DNA of 64,000 nt, from NCBI GenBank assembly GCA_963674965.2, contig CAXXFL010000007.1, forward strand, positions 224,001-288,000, in the 5' to 3' direction. This DNA comes from a bacterium. Lineage in GTDB: Bacteria; RBG-13-61-14; DATKZS01. Of this stretch, positions 46,725-57,118 are shown one piece after another. The translations under genes and the position numbers were made by a program. Within the stretch, counting starts at the first letter, position 1. The number at the start of each line of letters is the position of its first letter. Under the pieces are notes generated by a model. That model had not been told where the DNA came from, searched no databases, and saw only the letters and a list, made by a program, of their open reading frames with translations.

Positions 46725-47690
46725 TCAATCACCCACGTTATCCTTATCCGATTCGTCTCCCCGTTCCTCGGGGGACTCGTCCCCGCCCCGCCCTTCCTCG
46801 GCGGCGGCGGACGGCTGGGCCTTGCCCGACCCCTTCGACACGATCGCCAGAGACGGCCGAAGCAGCCTGTCCTTTAGCGTGTATCCCTGCTGGTAAACCT
46901 CGAGCACCGTGTTGTTGGGCACGGAGTCGTCCGCGATCTGGCTCATGGCCTGGTGGACCTCGGGATTGAAAGGCTCGCCCAGCGTCTTGATCTTTTTCAC
47001 GCCGAACTTCTCCAGGGCCGACAGGAACTGCTTGAGCGTCAGCTCGACCCCTTCCCTCAAGGCGCCGAGGTCGGCCTCATCGCCCGCGTGGCCAAGGGCT
47101 CGCTCAAGGTTGTCGACCACGGGAAGGATTTCCTTTAAAAGCGGTTCATGGCCGTAGTTGAACCAGTCCGCCTTTTCCTTCTGGACCCTGATCTTGTACC
47201 CGTCAAACTGGTTCTGGAGGTGGCGGGCCTGGTCAAGGTTCTGCTTGACCTCCCTGGTCCGCTTCTCCAGGTCAAGGTCCTTGGCCCGGAGTTCCTGCCT
47301 GAGCCCGAGTATCTCCATCTTCAGCTCGAGCTCGCGCTTGGACGGCTGAGGCGGAGGGCCTTCCTCGCTTTCCTCAACCGCGTTGGGATCGAACTCCTCC
47401 TCGGCAAGGTCAACCTCGACTTCCACTTCCTCCCCTTCCGCCTCATCGGAGTCGGAGGGGGAAGTCTGGACCTTGTCCATGCTTTCGGTGGCCTCCTTAA
47501 GGGCACGCTCAAGCTCGTCGGACATTTTCAATTGGGGAACGCCGTCAACCTCACCCTCGATCTCGATCCCCTCGGGGGAGGAAAGGCCGTCGCCGGCCGC
47601 CAAGGCTTCTTCCCTATCCTCGCCGTTCGAGCCGTCCCGCTCGACGTCCGTTTTCGCGCTTTTTCCGGTTTTATCCTCAGGTTCACTCAT
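46725..47690 (-). CDS. grpE: Nucleotide exchange factor GrpE with long acidic N-terminal extension
   Basis: LPVVDNLERAL, GEPFNPEVHQA, QQGYTLKDRLLRP. Confidence 0.93.
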   Translation of the reverse strand: MSEPEDKTGKSAKTDVERDGSNGEDREEALAAGDGLSSPEGIEIEGEVDGVPQLKMSDELERALKEATESMDKVQTSPSDSDEAEGEEVEVEVDLAEEEFDPNAVEESEEGPPPQPSKRELELKMEILGLRQELRAKDLDLEKRTREVKQNLDQARHLQNQFDGYKIRVQKEKADWFNYGHEPLLKEILPVVDNLERALGHAGDEADLGALREGVELTLKQFLSALEKFGVKKIKTLGEPFNPEVHQAMSQIADDSVPNNTVLEVYQQGYTLKDRLLRPSLAIVSKGSGKAQPSAAAEEGRGGDESPEERGDESDKDNVGD

Positions 47691-47701
47691 CTTTTTCCGG
47701 G

Positions 47702-48760
47702 TCACCTTATCTTGCCGATAATTTCTATTTCGCCGGGCTCGCTCCGCGCCAGGTACTGTGAGATCAATCTGCCCGTGAACCTCACGAGAGGTACGAGTCT
47801 GGCGTAGTCCGTTCTTTTGGGACCGATAAGCCCCAGCGATCCGATGGGCTCGTCGTCGTTTCCATAGGGGATCGAGATCAGGGAACAGCCTTTTAGCGAC
47901 TCGATCTCGTTTTCCTCGCCGATCAGTATTCTCGTTCCGGACGCGCTCAGGCTTTCCTCGAAGAGCCGGGCCAGTATCCGCCTTTCCTCGAGCGTCCTCA
48001 TTACCTCGCGGATACTCTCGATCTCGGTGAAATCGTCCAGGTCCAACAGGTTGGCCTGGCCGCGGACGTAAACCTCGCGCTGTCCCATGGACACGAGTTT
48101 TCCCGAAAGCTCGAGGGCCCCGGCTAAAAGAAGGTCGGCCTTCCTCTTGGCCTCCTCGAGTTTTCTCCCTAGCTCTCTCCTGAGACCTTGAAGGGTCCGC
48201 CCCTTGGCCGAGGCGTTGAGTAGATTGCCGAGCCTTTCCAAGAAGGAAGGGTCCAGCCCCCACTCATCCCGGATGATCCTTTCCTCCATCGTCCCCTTTT
48301 CAAAAACGAAGACGACTCTTATCCGTTTTCTTCCCGCGTCGCCAAGGTGAATGGCCGAAAGCGTATCCGTCTCGCCCCGGTCCAGCATGATGACCCCGAC
48401 CCGCCTGGATAACTCGGCCAGCTTGGACGCCGTGGCCAGGATCAATTCCTCCACGTCCAACTCGCGCGACTGGCGCACCGACTTGAGCTCGCGCTCGTCG
48501 CTTGTGGAAACGCCGGCGGGAGACATCAGGTTGTCCACGTAGTATCTGAAGCCGAAGTCAGTGGGCACGCGCCCCGCGGAGGTGTGGGGCTGCTCGAGAA
48601 GTCCCATTTCCTCGAGCTCCACCATCTCGTTCCTGATCGTGGCCGCGCTTTTCTTAACGCCCGATTTGACCACGGTCCGCGAACCTACCGGATGTCCGGA
48701 GTCAACGTACTCCGACACCACCGCCGCGAGTATCATCTCTTTTCTGCGGTCAAGCTTCAT
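47702..48760 (-). CDS. hrcA: Heat-inducible transcription repressor HrcA
   Basis: PVGSR, SAATIRNEM, QPHTSAGRVPT, IGEEN, IGPKRTDY. Confidence 0.95.
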   Translation of the reverse strand: MKLDRRKEMILAAVVSEYVDSGHPVGSRTVVKSGVKKSAATIRNEMVELEEMGLLEQPHTSAGRVPTDFGFRYYVDNLMSPAGVSTSDERELKSVRQSRELDVEELILATASKLAELSRRVGVIMLDRGETDTLSAIHLGDAGRKRIRVVFVFEKGTMEERIIRDEWGLDPSFLERLGNLLNASAKGRTLQGLRRELGRKLEEAKRKADLLLAGALELSGKLVSMGQREVYVRGQANLLDLDDFTEIESIREVMRTLEERRILARLFEESLSASGTRILIGEENEIESLKGCSLISIPYGNDDEPIGSLGLIGPKRTDYARLVPLVRFTGRLISQYLARSEPGEIEIIGKIR

Positions 48761-48839
48761 TTCCGAACCGTTCCCCGTTTAAGTTATAACGATCCTTTAA
48801 GGCGAATCTAGAACTAATCGTTAAAAACCCGCGTCTTTT

Positions 48840-48917
48840 AGTTTAATAATCTATTTGCCGGCGGTCAAGCCCACAATGAATCTTTGCCAATTTATTACCC
48901 GAGCGCCTTCATGTCAA
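48840..48917 (-). promoter_or_regulatory. Two tandem sigma70-like promoters for the hrcA operon
   Basis: TTGACA-17-TAAATT (48917-48889) and TTGACC-17-TAAACT (48868-48840). Confidence 0.6.
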
Positions 48918-49060
48918 CCCCGGGTTAACGCCGGCGCCATAAAAATATAATTGTATTAAAACATCTTAAGAACCGCGCCGCGCCTTGGCCTTCCCAGTTG
49001 GCCGAATATTAAGCTCGGACTTTATCGAAAAAGAAATTACGGCTAAAATGCCTTGTTAAC

Positions 49061-49519
49061 ATGAGCGCCCCGGATATCGAACTAAAACGGCTCCTGGGAA
49101 TCGACCTGGGAAGCAAAAGGATCGGACTGGCTATTTCCGACCCCTCGGGAACCATGGCCTACAGTCTGGGTGTCATTCATAGGAAAGGCATTGGCGACGT
49201 GCTGGGCAAAATAAAGGAATTTATTGATGAAAGAGAAATCGGGGAGATAGTCCTTGGCCTGCCCCTGCGCATGGACGGCAAGGAGAGCGCCGGAAGCCAA
49301 AAAGCCAGGGAGTTCGCGGCCATCCTGGAGGATGCCTTCTCCATTCCGGTCCACTTAGTGGATGAGTCGCTCTCGACGGTCCAGGCGGAGGAAATCCTTC
49401 TCGAGGCCGACCTCTCCAGAAAAAAAAGGAAAAAAGTCATCGACGGACTGGCCGCCGCCGTGATCTTGCAATCGTATCTCAACGAGATGGCCGAGTCATC
49501 CGCGGGTAGGAAAAAATGA
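49061..49519 (+). CDS. ruvX: YqgF/RuvX pre-16S rRNA nuclease
   Basis: GIDLGSKRIGLA, GLP, DESLST, IDGLAAAVILQ. Confidence 0.95.
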   Translation: MSAPDIELKRLLGIDLGSKRIGLAISDPSGTMAYSLGVIHRKGIGDVLGKIKEFIDEREIGEIVLGLPLRMDGKESAGSQKAREFAAILEDAFSIPVHLVDESLSTVQAEEILLEADLSRKKRKKVIDGLAAAVILQSYLNEMAESSAGRKK

Positions 49520-50682
49520 GTCCGTTCAAACCGGAAGCAAAAATTTTTATCACGAACGAGCGCCGAAAAAGCCCCGGATACCGTTACTTCATGATCTCAC
49601 TCATCGCGCTGACCTCTTTTTCCATGGCGGCGGCCGGGGTCCTTATTTTCGACTACTACCGCTATACCCGCTCGGCCGAGCCGGGCATCAAGCAAGAAAC
49701 CCTGGCGGCCATCGAAAAGGGCATGAGCTTTAACGGCGCGGTGGACGCGCTGGCTCGGGACGGGCTTATCTCGAACCCCCGATATTTCAGGGTATTGGGA
49801 AGGATGAAGGGAGCGGAGACGCGGATTCAGGCCGGGGAATATACTCTGCGTCCGGGCATGACGCCCCTGGCCATACTCGACACCATTATCAGGGGGGACA
49901 TTACTAAGGTGACCCTTCGCGTCCCCGAGGGACTAACCGTTTCTGAAATCGGGAAAAAGCTCGAAAGCCTCGGGCCCTGGACGGCCAAGTCCTTTATCGC
50001 CGCGGCCCAGGACAAAAAAAAGGCGGCCCAACTGGCCATCCCCGTGGAGAACCTGGAGGGCTATCTTTTTCCGGCTACTTATGAGCTTAAAATGTCCATG
50101 ACCGAGCCCGACGTGGTTGACCTGATGCTGGCGCGCGGACAAAGGGAGCGGACAAAGGAGAGGGAGAAAAAAGCCAAGGACGCGGGTCTTTCCTGGCACC
50201 AGGTATTGACCCTGGCGTCGCTGGTCGAGGAGGAAGCCATCAAGACGGAGGAAATGCCCACCATCGCCGGCGTGTTCAAGAACAGGATCGATAAAAACAT
50301 GAGACTGCAAAGCGATCCCACCGCCGTTTACGGCCTCGAGGACTTTAAGGGCCCGATTAAAAAAACCGACCTCCTGCGCGTAAGCCCCTATAACACCTAT
50401 CTCCACAAGGGACTTCCGCCGGGGCCCATCTGCAATCCGGGAGCGGCCGCCATCGACGCGGCCCTGAATCCCGAGAAGACCGAATACCTTTACTTCGTGG
50501 CCGACGGAGAAGGAGGGCACATGTTCTCGGAGTCCTACATCGAGCACCGGGCGAACATTAAAAAATACAAAAAGGTCCTCAAGGAATTCAGGGAGTCCAA
50601 AAAGAAGGCCGGCCGGGAAAATGAAAAGGCCGCCGCCCCAAATAACGATCAAGACGCGCAGAATACAAAGCCGCCGCCATAG
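49516..50682 (+). CDS. mltG: Endolytic transglycosylase MltG
   Basis: IQAGEY, VPEG, LEGYLFP, ASLVEEE, LQSDP, SPYNTY...GLPPGPICNPG. Confidence 0.95.
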   Translation: MSPFKPEAKIFITNERRKSPGYRYFMISLIALTSFSMAAAGVLIFDYYRYTRSAEPGIKQETLAAIEKGMSFNGAVDALARDGLISNPRYFRVLGRMKGAETRIQAGEYTLRPGMTPLAILDTIIRGDITKVTLRVPEGLTVSEIGKKLESLGPWTAKSFIAAAQDKKKAAQLAIPVENLEGYLFPATYELKMSMTEPDVVDLMLARGQRERTKEREKKAKDAGLSWHQVLTLASLVEEEAIKTEEMPTIAGVFKNRIDKNMRLQSDPTAVYGLEDFKGPIKKTDLLRVSPYNTYLHKGLPPGPICNPGAAAIDAALNPEKTEYLYFVADGEGGHMFSESYIEHRANIKKYKKVLKEFRESKKKAGRENEKAAAPNNDQDAQNTKPPP

Positions 50683-50755
50683 CCCGATCGGCTTTTTGCG
50701 CCGGAGAGTTGGTATTCCGATCGCGCGTTCACATATCCGAGTGGAAGACTTATTC

Positions 50756-51799
50756 ATGAAGCGGTATTTATTTATGGCAATGATTATGGGAACCGCTATC
50801 GCCATGGCGTTTTGCTTGATTCATCCTTTCAATTCTTCGTTAGCGGCGAGCGATGAACTTGGGCCCCTTTCCTCCGGGTTCGTGTTCGAGCCCACCTTGG
50901 CGATACCGTCTAGTCACGCCTCGACCGTCTGCCAGGCCCCGGACGGCTCGATACTTTGCGCCTTTTACGGCGGAAGCGCCGAGGCGGCCCCCGACGTCAA
51001 GATATATCTCGCCCGCCTGGAGGCCGGAAAATGGTCCGCGCCCGAGGCGGCCGTCGACACGCCGGGCAAACCGGAAGGGAACCCCGTCCTGTTCGTGGCC
51101 CCTTCAGGCAAGCTCAGGCTTTATTTCGTGACCATCCACGGCTTTGGCTGGAACTGGGCCAAGATCAAGCAAACCTCCTCGGCGGACTCGGGCCGGACCT
51201 GGGGACCCATCGAGACGCTGAGGGACAAGCGCGGCTGGATGATAAGGAACCATCCCGTCGTCTTACGAGACGGACGTCTGATTTTTCCCATGTACTCGGA
51301 GAACAAGTGGTGCTCCGAGTTCATGGTCTCGAGCGACGGGGGAGAATCATGGCGGTTCCTATCCGAGACATGCTCCAGACCCGGCAACATCCAGGCGGCC
51401 CTGGCCGAGCTCGAGGACGGTACGCTCTACGCGACCATGCGCGTGGGAGGGAAAGGCGGCAACCTGTGGGAGGCCCGCTCGAGCGACCGGGGCGAGACGT
51501 GGGAGGGCCCGACTCGAATGGAGCTCCCCAACCCCAACGCGGGGACCGACATGATCGTCCTTGGCTCGGGCGACCTCCTTTTGGCTTTCAATAACGACGA
51601 CCGAAAGCGTACTCCCTTGTCACTGGCCTTGTCCTCGGACGAAGGTAGAACGTGGAGCATAAAGGACGTCGAAACGGGAAAGGGCGAGTTTTCTTACCCG
51701 TCTCTTTGCCAGGCCTCGGACGGCGTGATCCATTTGACCTATACCTATAAAAGGGAAACGATCAAACACCTGGCCTTTACCGAGGACTGGCTCAGGTAG
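50756..51799 (+). CDS. Secreted BNR/Asp-box sialidase-like protein
   Basis: Four SxDxGxxW Asp boxes, GNP, FSYP; signal peptide. Confidence 0.88.
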   Translation: MKRYLFMAMIMGTAIAMAFCLIHPFNSSLAASDELGPLSSGFVFEPTLAIPSSHASTVCQAPDGSILCAFYGGSAEAAPDVKIYLARLEAGKWSAPEAAVDTPGKPEGNPVLFVAPSGKLRLYFVTIHGFGWNWAKIKQTSSADSGRTWGPIETLRDKRGWMIRNHPVVLRDGRLIFPMYSENKWCSEFMVSSDGGESWRFLSETCSRPGNIQAALAELEDGTLYATMRVGGKGGNLWEARSSDRGETWEGPTRMELPNPNAGTDMIVLGSGDLLLAFNNDDRKRTPLSLALSSDEGRTWSIKDVETGKGEFSYPSLCQASDGVIHLTYTYKRETIKHLAFTEDWLR

Positions 51800-51817
51800 C
51801 CGCGGCGCTTCTTTTGC

Positions 51818-52576
51818 TTACTCGTTAAGCAGGTTGGGGTCGTCGGTCATGATCCCGCTCACTCCGAGCCTGGTGAACCACCGGATGAGGTATTTCTTAT
51901 TGACCGTCCATACCATCATGTCGCGGCCCTTGCTTTTATTGATGGCCACCTCGATGGGGTTGGCGAAGTTGTAATTGTAAGAGGGCACGTCAATATCGTA
52001 CTTGCTTAAATAGTACTGCATGAGCCACATCTGAACGGGATAGGTTGACGTGACCAGTTCGGGTCTCATTTCTTCGACCATGCCCGCGACCTTGGGGATG
52101 GGCGACTCGAAAACGGCCCGCTCGAGAAGATCGTGGGACTCGACCTGGGCGATCAGTTCCTTGGCCAGCTCCGGATCGGATATCTTGAAGTCGAGTATAA
52201 ATCCGACCTCGACCGTCTCCAGCCAATCCAGGGTCTCCTCCAGGGTGGGGGGCGTATAGCCCCGGCCGGTCTTGAGACGCTTGAACTCCTCGAGCGTCAT
52301 CCCGTCCACCCGCCCGGTCCCGTCGGTGGTCCTGTCCACCGTCTCGTCGTGCATTAAAACGAAAACACCGTCGCTCGTGCGCTGGACGTCGAACTCGAGC
52401 ATGTCAACGCCCAGGTCCACGGCCATCTTCAGGCTCTCGAGGGTGTTCTCGTCCGACAGCGCCCTGGCGCCCCTGTGCCCAATTTTAGCCGGCCTTCCAT
52501 CTGGAAAATCCACTCCCCAGGCGGAAGGGGAAGCAAGCATACAAAGCAGCGCGGCGATCAAAGCCAACTTTTTCAT
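51818..52576 (-). CDS. Secreted glycerophosphodiester phosphodiesterase
   Basis: GHRG, ENT, EFDV, HD, WTVN, TDDP; signal peptide. Confidence 0.92.
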   Translation of the reverse strand: MKKLALIAALLCMLASPSAWGVDFPDGRPAKIGHRGARALSDENTLESLKMAVDLGVDMLEFDVQRTSDGVFVLMHDETVDRTTDGTGRVDGMTLEEFKRLKTGRGYTPPTLEETLDWLETVEVGFILDFKISDPELAKELIAQVESHDLLERAVFESPIPKVAGMVEEMRPELVTSTYPVQMWLMQYYLSKYDIDVPSYNYNFANPIEVAINKSKGRDMMVWTVNKKYLIRWFTRLGVSGIMTDDPNLLNE

Positions 52577-52677
52577 GATGGAACCCTCCATAATAGTAGA
52601 TTCAGATTCACCGTCCCGGTTACGGGCCGGAACTGAAATATTAAAATATCACCCGCGGGGGAAATCAGCTAAAAACT

Positions 52678-53775
52678 TCATCCCAGCTCACCCAGCGGAC
52701 CGGCTTTGCCGGTCTGTCCCCTTTGCCTGAGAAGGTGGTCGCAAAGGGTAATGAGCGCCATGGCCTCGGCCACGGGCGCTATGCGCGGGCAGATGCAGGG
52801 ATCGTGTCTTCCCTTTACCTGGACCTTCGTCGCCGCTCCCATTTTTGTGACCGTGTCCTGCTCCGAGGCGATGGAGGGAGTGGGCTTGACCGCTATCCTG
52901 GCGATGATCGGCTCTCCCGTCGAGATGCCTCCCAGCACCCCGCCGGCAAAGTTGCGCCGGGAGGCCACGTGGCCGCCCCCCCCTTTTTCGAGGGGATCGG
53001 AGTTCTCGGAGCCTTTCCGGGACGCCGCGGCGAACCCGTCGCCTATCTCGACGCCCTTGACCGCGCCTATTCCCATGAGCGCGCCCGCCAGGTCCGCGTC
53101 AAGCTTCCCGAAGACGGGTTCTCCCAGCCCGGCCGGAACGCCGGTCGCGACGATCTCGACCACGCCCCCCACCGTGTCGCCGGACCGCGCACACTCCATA
53201 ACCAACTCGAGCATGCGCTCGGCGGCCTCGGCGTCCGGACAGCGAAGCGGGTTCCTTTCCGCCTCCTCGAAGTCCCGCTCAATGGCCTCGACGTCGCCGA
53301 CCCTGATCACGCCGGACTTGACGGAAACGCCGACCCCTCGAAGCACGGCCCTGGCCGCGGCGCCGGCGGCGACCCGGGCGGCGGTCTCCCGCCCCGAGGC
53401 CCGTCCTCCTCCCCGGTGGTCACGAACTCCGTATTTTAGGAAATAGGTAAGGTCCGCGTGCCCGGGCCGGAAGAGGTCCTTTAACGCGTCGTAGGCCGAG
53501 GACTGGTGGTCCTTGTTGCGGATAATCATTCCGATGGGGGTACCCGTGGTCCTTCCCTCGAAAAGGCCCGAAAGTATCTCGACCTCGTCCTCCTCGGAGC
53601 GAGTGGTCGAGGCCGGGCCTTGACCCGGACGCCTGCGGTCCAGGTCCCTTTGCACGAGGTCCTCGGAAAGAGCGACGCCCGGCGGACACCCGTCCACTAT
53701 CACGCCCAGGGCCGGGCCGTGGGACTCGCCGAAAGTGGTCACTTGAAAAGCGCGGCCCCAACAATTGCCGGACAT
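52678..53775 (-). CDS. aroC: Chorismate synthase
   Basis: [32 protein letters not shown]. Confidence 0.97.
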   Translation of the reverse strand: MSGNCWGRAFQVTTFGESHGPALGVIVDGCPPGVALSEDLVQRDLDRRRPGQGPASTTRSEEDEVEILSGLFEGRTTGTPIGMIIRNKDHQSSAYDALKDLFRPGHADLTYFLKYGVRDHRGGGRASGRETAARVAAGAAARAVLRGVGVSVKSGVIRVGDVEAIERDFEEAERNPLRCPDAEAAERMLELVMECARSGDTVGGVVEIVATGVPAGLGEPVFGKLDADLAGALMGIGAVKGVEIGDGFAAASRKGSENSDPLEKGGGGHVASRRNFAGGVLGGISTGEPIIARIAVKPTPSIASEQDTVTKMGAATKVQVKGRHDPCICPRIAPVAEAMALITLCDHLLRQRGQTGKAGPLGELG

Positions 53776-53987
53776 TTTCTTACCTCCCGGTTGGTTTTCT
53801 TTACGCCTCCCGGCCGCCGGGCTGCATCGGCCGCCGGAGTGATAATTATAGTGATCATGTCCATCTCAAGCAAAGCCAAGGGGTCCGGTCTTTCCTATCG
53901 CCTTGAATACAAGCCGCCACTTGATAGAATTAAGCGTCCGGACCAATCTTGCCCGAAGAGGACGAGAAGCCGGACGAGGAGGGAAGC

Positions 53988-54773
53988 ATGAGCTACAAGG
54001 ACGTCCTTTACGAGAAAAAGAACGGAGCGGCGCGGATTACCATCAACCGGCCCGAGCGCATGAACGCCTTAAGAAGGGAAACCCTGTCCGAACTCCAGGA
54101 GGTCATGTCGGACGCGAGCGGCGACGACGCCGTGGGCGTTATAGCGGTAAGGGGCGCGGGCGGCGGGGCCTTTTGCTCGGGCGGCGACGTCAAGGAAATG
54201 CTGGCCCTCGACCGGTCCGCCGGAAAAATATTCCTGGAGGACTTTCACCGGCTGTTCCAGACCATCCACCGGGCGCCCAAGCCGGTCATCGCGGCGGTGG
54301 AAGGGTTCTGCCTGGGAGGCGGAAACGAGATCAACATGGCGTGCGACCTCACCCTGGCCACCGAAAGCTCGGTCTTCGGCCAGGTGGGTCCCACCGTGGG
54401 CAGCATACCCGTGCTGGGAGGGACCCAGTACCTGCCCCGCAGCGTGGGCGACAAAAAGGCCAAGGAGATTATTTTCCTCTGCCGGCGCTACTCGGCGAGG
54501 GAGGCGGCGGACATGGGCTGGATAAACCAGGTCGTGCCCGACGGCCAACTGGACGAGTACCTGGACGAATGGATCGGCCGGATACTGGCCATGAGTCCGC
54601 AGTCCCTCCGCATAGCCAAGCTGAACCTCAACTTCGAGTCCGACGCGCTCTACCCTTCCTTTACCCACGGCGTCGAGCTTTTATCCATGACCTACGGGTC
54701 CGAGGAGCTAAAGGAGGGAATGAACGCTTTCCTCGAGAAAAGAAAACCCGACTTTATGAAGTTCAGGAAATAA
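53988..54773 (+). CDS. Crotonase-family enzyme, MenB/BadI-like
   Basis: AFCSGGD, GGGNE, FGQVGPTVGS, EIIFLCRRYSA, EGMNAFLEKRKPDF. Confidence 0.85.
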   Translation: MSYKDVLYEKKNGAARITINRPERMNALRRETLSELQEVMSDASGDDAVGVIAVRGAGGGAFCSGGDVKEMLALDRSAGKIFLEDFHRLFQTIHRAPKPVIAAVEGFCLGGGNEINMACDLTLATESSVFGQVGPTVGSIPVLGGTQYLPRSVGDKKAKEIIFLCRRYSAREAADMGWINQVVPDGQLDEYLDEWIGRILAMSPQSLRIAKLNLNFESDALYPSFTHGVELLSMTYGSEELKEGMNAFLEKRKPDFMKFRK

Positions 54774-54834
54774 TTCATCGAGCCGGCGTTCAAAAAAGGA
54801 ATGATCGGACGGCCGATAATCAGGGAGTAAAAAT

Positions 54835-55716
54835 ATGACGGAAGAAAAGCGCGCGACCCAGGCCGCCGGACGGGAGGACGACCAGGCGGTAATAGACCCC
54901 AAGCGGTCCAGGCTGGACCCGAAGATTCACGACCCGGCCATCTTCTGTCCGGTGGACCCCCTCATTCGCCTGGCCGCCCGGATAGGCAAGGCCAAGAAAT
55001 CCATGAAGCCCTTCGTTCCCGGCCGCGTTTACACGATAAAATACAAGGGACGTCACATTACGCTGGCCGGCCCGGCCATGGGCGCTCCGGCGGCCTCCTA
55101 CCTGGTCGAGCGCATGATAGCCGGCGGGGCAAAACACATAATCATGCTGGGCCTGTGCGGGTCCATCAACCGGGAGGTGAAAATTGGGGACCTGGTGGTA
55201 CCCACCAAGGCCTGGAGCGAGGAGGGCACTAGCCGTCATTATTATCCCAAGTCCCGGGGAGGGGCGCCCTCTGACAAGGCCCTGGCGGCCGCCGTCGAGG
55301 CTTTGAACGAGGCGGGCAAGAGTTATCACCTGGGCCCGGTCTGGACCACGGACGCCGTGTTCAGGGAAACGAAAGGCAAGGTAAAGACCTACGGGGAGAA
55401 GGGATTGCTGGCCGTCGAGATGGAGGCCAGCGCCCTTTTCGCCGTGGCCAAATACAGGGAGGTCGACCTTTCCGCGCTGCTAATAACGAGCGACGAGCTT
55501 TTCGACCTTCGGTGGCGCATGGGCTTTACCAGGCCCCGTTTCCTTTCGGCCTGCCGCCTCGCCTGCCAGGCGGCCATGGAGGCCGCCTATAAACTTGCCC
55601 CCCCCGAGAAGGACGAATCGAGCGGGGAGGACATTTTCGACGACTTGGCCAAACCAGGCGAGGAGGAAAAAGAAAACGTGGAAAAGGACGAAGAAGAGGA
55701 TGGAGACGAGTCCTGA
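54835..55716 (+). CDS. Purine/uridine nucleoside phosphorylase family protein
   Basis: GAPAA, GLCGS, EGTS, WTTDAVFRET, VEME; acidic tail. Confidence 0.88.
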   Translation: MTEEKRATQAAGREDDQAVIDPKRSRLDPKIHDPAIFCPVDPLIRLAARIGKAKKSMKPFVPGRVYTIKYKGRHITLAGPAMGAPAASYLVERMIAGGAKHIIMLGLCGSINREVKIGDLVVPTKAWSEEGTSRHYYPKSRGGAPSDKALAAAVEALNEAGKSYHLGPVWTTDAVFRETKGKVKTYGEKGLLAVEMEASALFAVAKYREVDLSALLITSDELFDLRWRMGFTRPRFLSACRLACQAAMEAAYKLAPPEKDESSGEDIFDDLAKPGEEEKENVEKDEEEDGDES

Positions 55717-57118
55717 CCACAAACTATCGAGGGCGGACCTGGCGGCGGTCCTGGTCCTGACCGCCCTGGCCGCGGCCACTCGCCTTTACAAGCTCGACCA
55801 GGGATTTTGGTACGACGAGATTTACTCCGTGTCAATGTTTTTCCGCGCGCCATGGCCTTTCCTTCTTACCGAGATGCCCGCGCCCAACAACCACCCCTTT
55901 TATTCCATCCTGGCCAAGCTATGCATCCTGACGCTGGGCGAAAAAGAGTGGACGGCCAGGCTGCCGGCTTTCATTTTCGGCGCGTTTACTCCCGCCATGA
56001 CTTACCTGTTTGGAGCCAGGTGGCTAGGCCGCAAAGCCGGACTGATCGGGGGCGCGATAGTATTATTAGCCATGTGGCAAGTGTGGTTCTCTCAGGACGC
56101 GAGAGGATACTCGGCCGAGATTTTCTTGACCCTTGCCTCCTTTTACCTCTTTCTTTCCCTCATGGAGAAAATAACGGCGGCCAAGGCGGCGGCCTATATA
56201 CTGCTCTGCGCCCTGGCGGTGTATTCCCAACTTTTCGCCCTCTTCGCCGTCTTGTCTCACGCGGCGGTCGGGGCCCTGGCGGCCTTGGCCGGACGGAACC
56301 CTCGGAACGGATTGAAGTGGGTGTCTCTCAGTCTGGCCGGCGCGGGACTCGGTCTGCTTCTTTATTTCCCCATGTTTTCGGACATGTATTCCTACGCGTC
56401 CTTTCAAGGCAAGCTGACGACGGGACGCTCTTTTACGCCTTCCTTCCTGGCCAAGGTTTTCGTGGGATGGGGCTCGGGAGCGGGACGGCTTTACCTGGCC
56501 CTGCCCATGATGGCCCTGGCCGCCGCGGGCCTATATCCGGCCATGAGAAGAAAATGGGAGGTCCCCGTCGGCTGGGCCGCGGGACTGCTTCTCGCGTTCG
56601 CTTTTTCGATCGCCAGTCAGACCTTCGTGTTCCACCGCTTCTATATATTCGGAGCGCCCTGTTTCTACCTGTTCGTCGGAGCGGCCCTTTCAAAGATGAT
56701 CGATTCATCCAGAAAGCCGTTGAAAGCGGCGTCGGTAATGGCGATTATTTTGATCGCGGCGGGCTTGCTGGCCGACCTGAGCGTATATTACGGAAAGGGA
56801 AAACAAGGATACAGGGACGCGAGGGACTGGGTCTCGCTTAACGCGCCCTGGGCCAAGGTGGTGTCAATGGGCCTGGCCAGCGACGTCTACTGGTATTACG
56901 ACCCCTCGGCCGTCAGGCTCGAAAAAGGAGAAACGCCCGAGCCGTCCCTGCTAAAGGGCGCCGCCGTGGTCCTGTCTCACTGGTGGTCGGTGGGAGACTA
57001 TAACATGGACATTCTGAAATTCTCCTGCGGACAGCCCAAAAAGTTTCCCTCAGCCGGTCCTCCCGAGTACGAGGTGCTGGTCTTTATATGCGGTGACAAA
57101 AATGACGGCAACAGGTAA
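55700..57118 (+). CDS. GT-C glycosyltransferase (GT39/ArnT-like), paralog 1
   Basis: WYDE, NHPFY, ARLP, SQDARGY; many TM segments. Confidence 0.87.
   Translation: METSPDHKLSRADLAAVLVLTALAAATRLYKLDQGFWYDEIYSVSMFFRAPWPFLLTEMPAPNNHPFYSILAKLCILTLGEKEWTARLPAFIFGAFTPAMTYLFGARWLGRKAGLIGGAIVLLAMWQVWFSQDARGYSAEIFLTLASFYLFLSLMEKITAAKAAAYILLCALAVYSQLFALFAVLSHAAVGALAALAGRNPRNGLKWVSLSLAGAGLGLLLYFPMFSDMYSYASFQGKLTTGRSFTPSFLAKVFVGWGSGAGRLYLALPMMALAAAGLYPAMRRKWEVPVGWAAGLLLAFAFSIASQTFVFHRFYIFGAPCFYLFVGAALSKMIDSSRKPLKAASVMAIILIAAGLLADLSVYYGKGKQGYRDARDWVSLNAPWAKVVSMGLASDVYWYYDPSAVRLEKGETPEPSLLKGAAVVLSHWWSVGDYNMDILKFSCGQPKKFPSAGPPEYEVLVFICGDKNDGNR

Noticed and set aside
47691-48263. Apparent 191-codon N-terminal extension of grpE overlapping hrcA
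   Set aside because: Stop-free alternative frame within hrcA; ATG 47690 just after the hrcA stop is the plausible start
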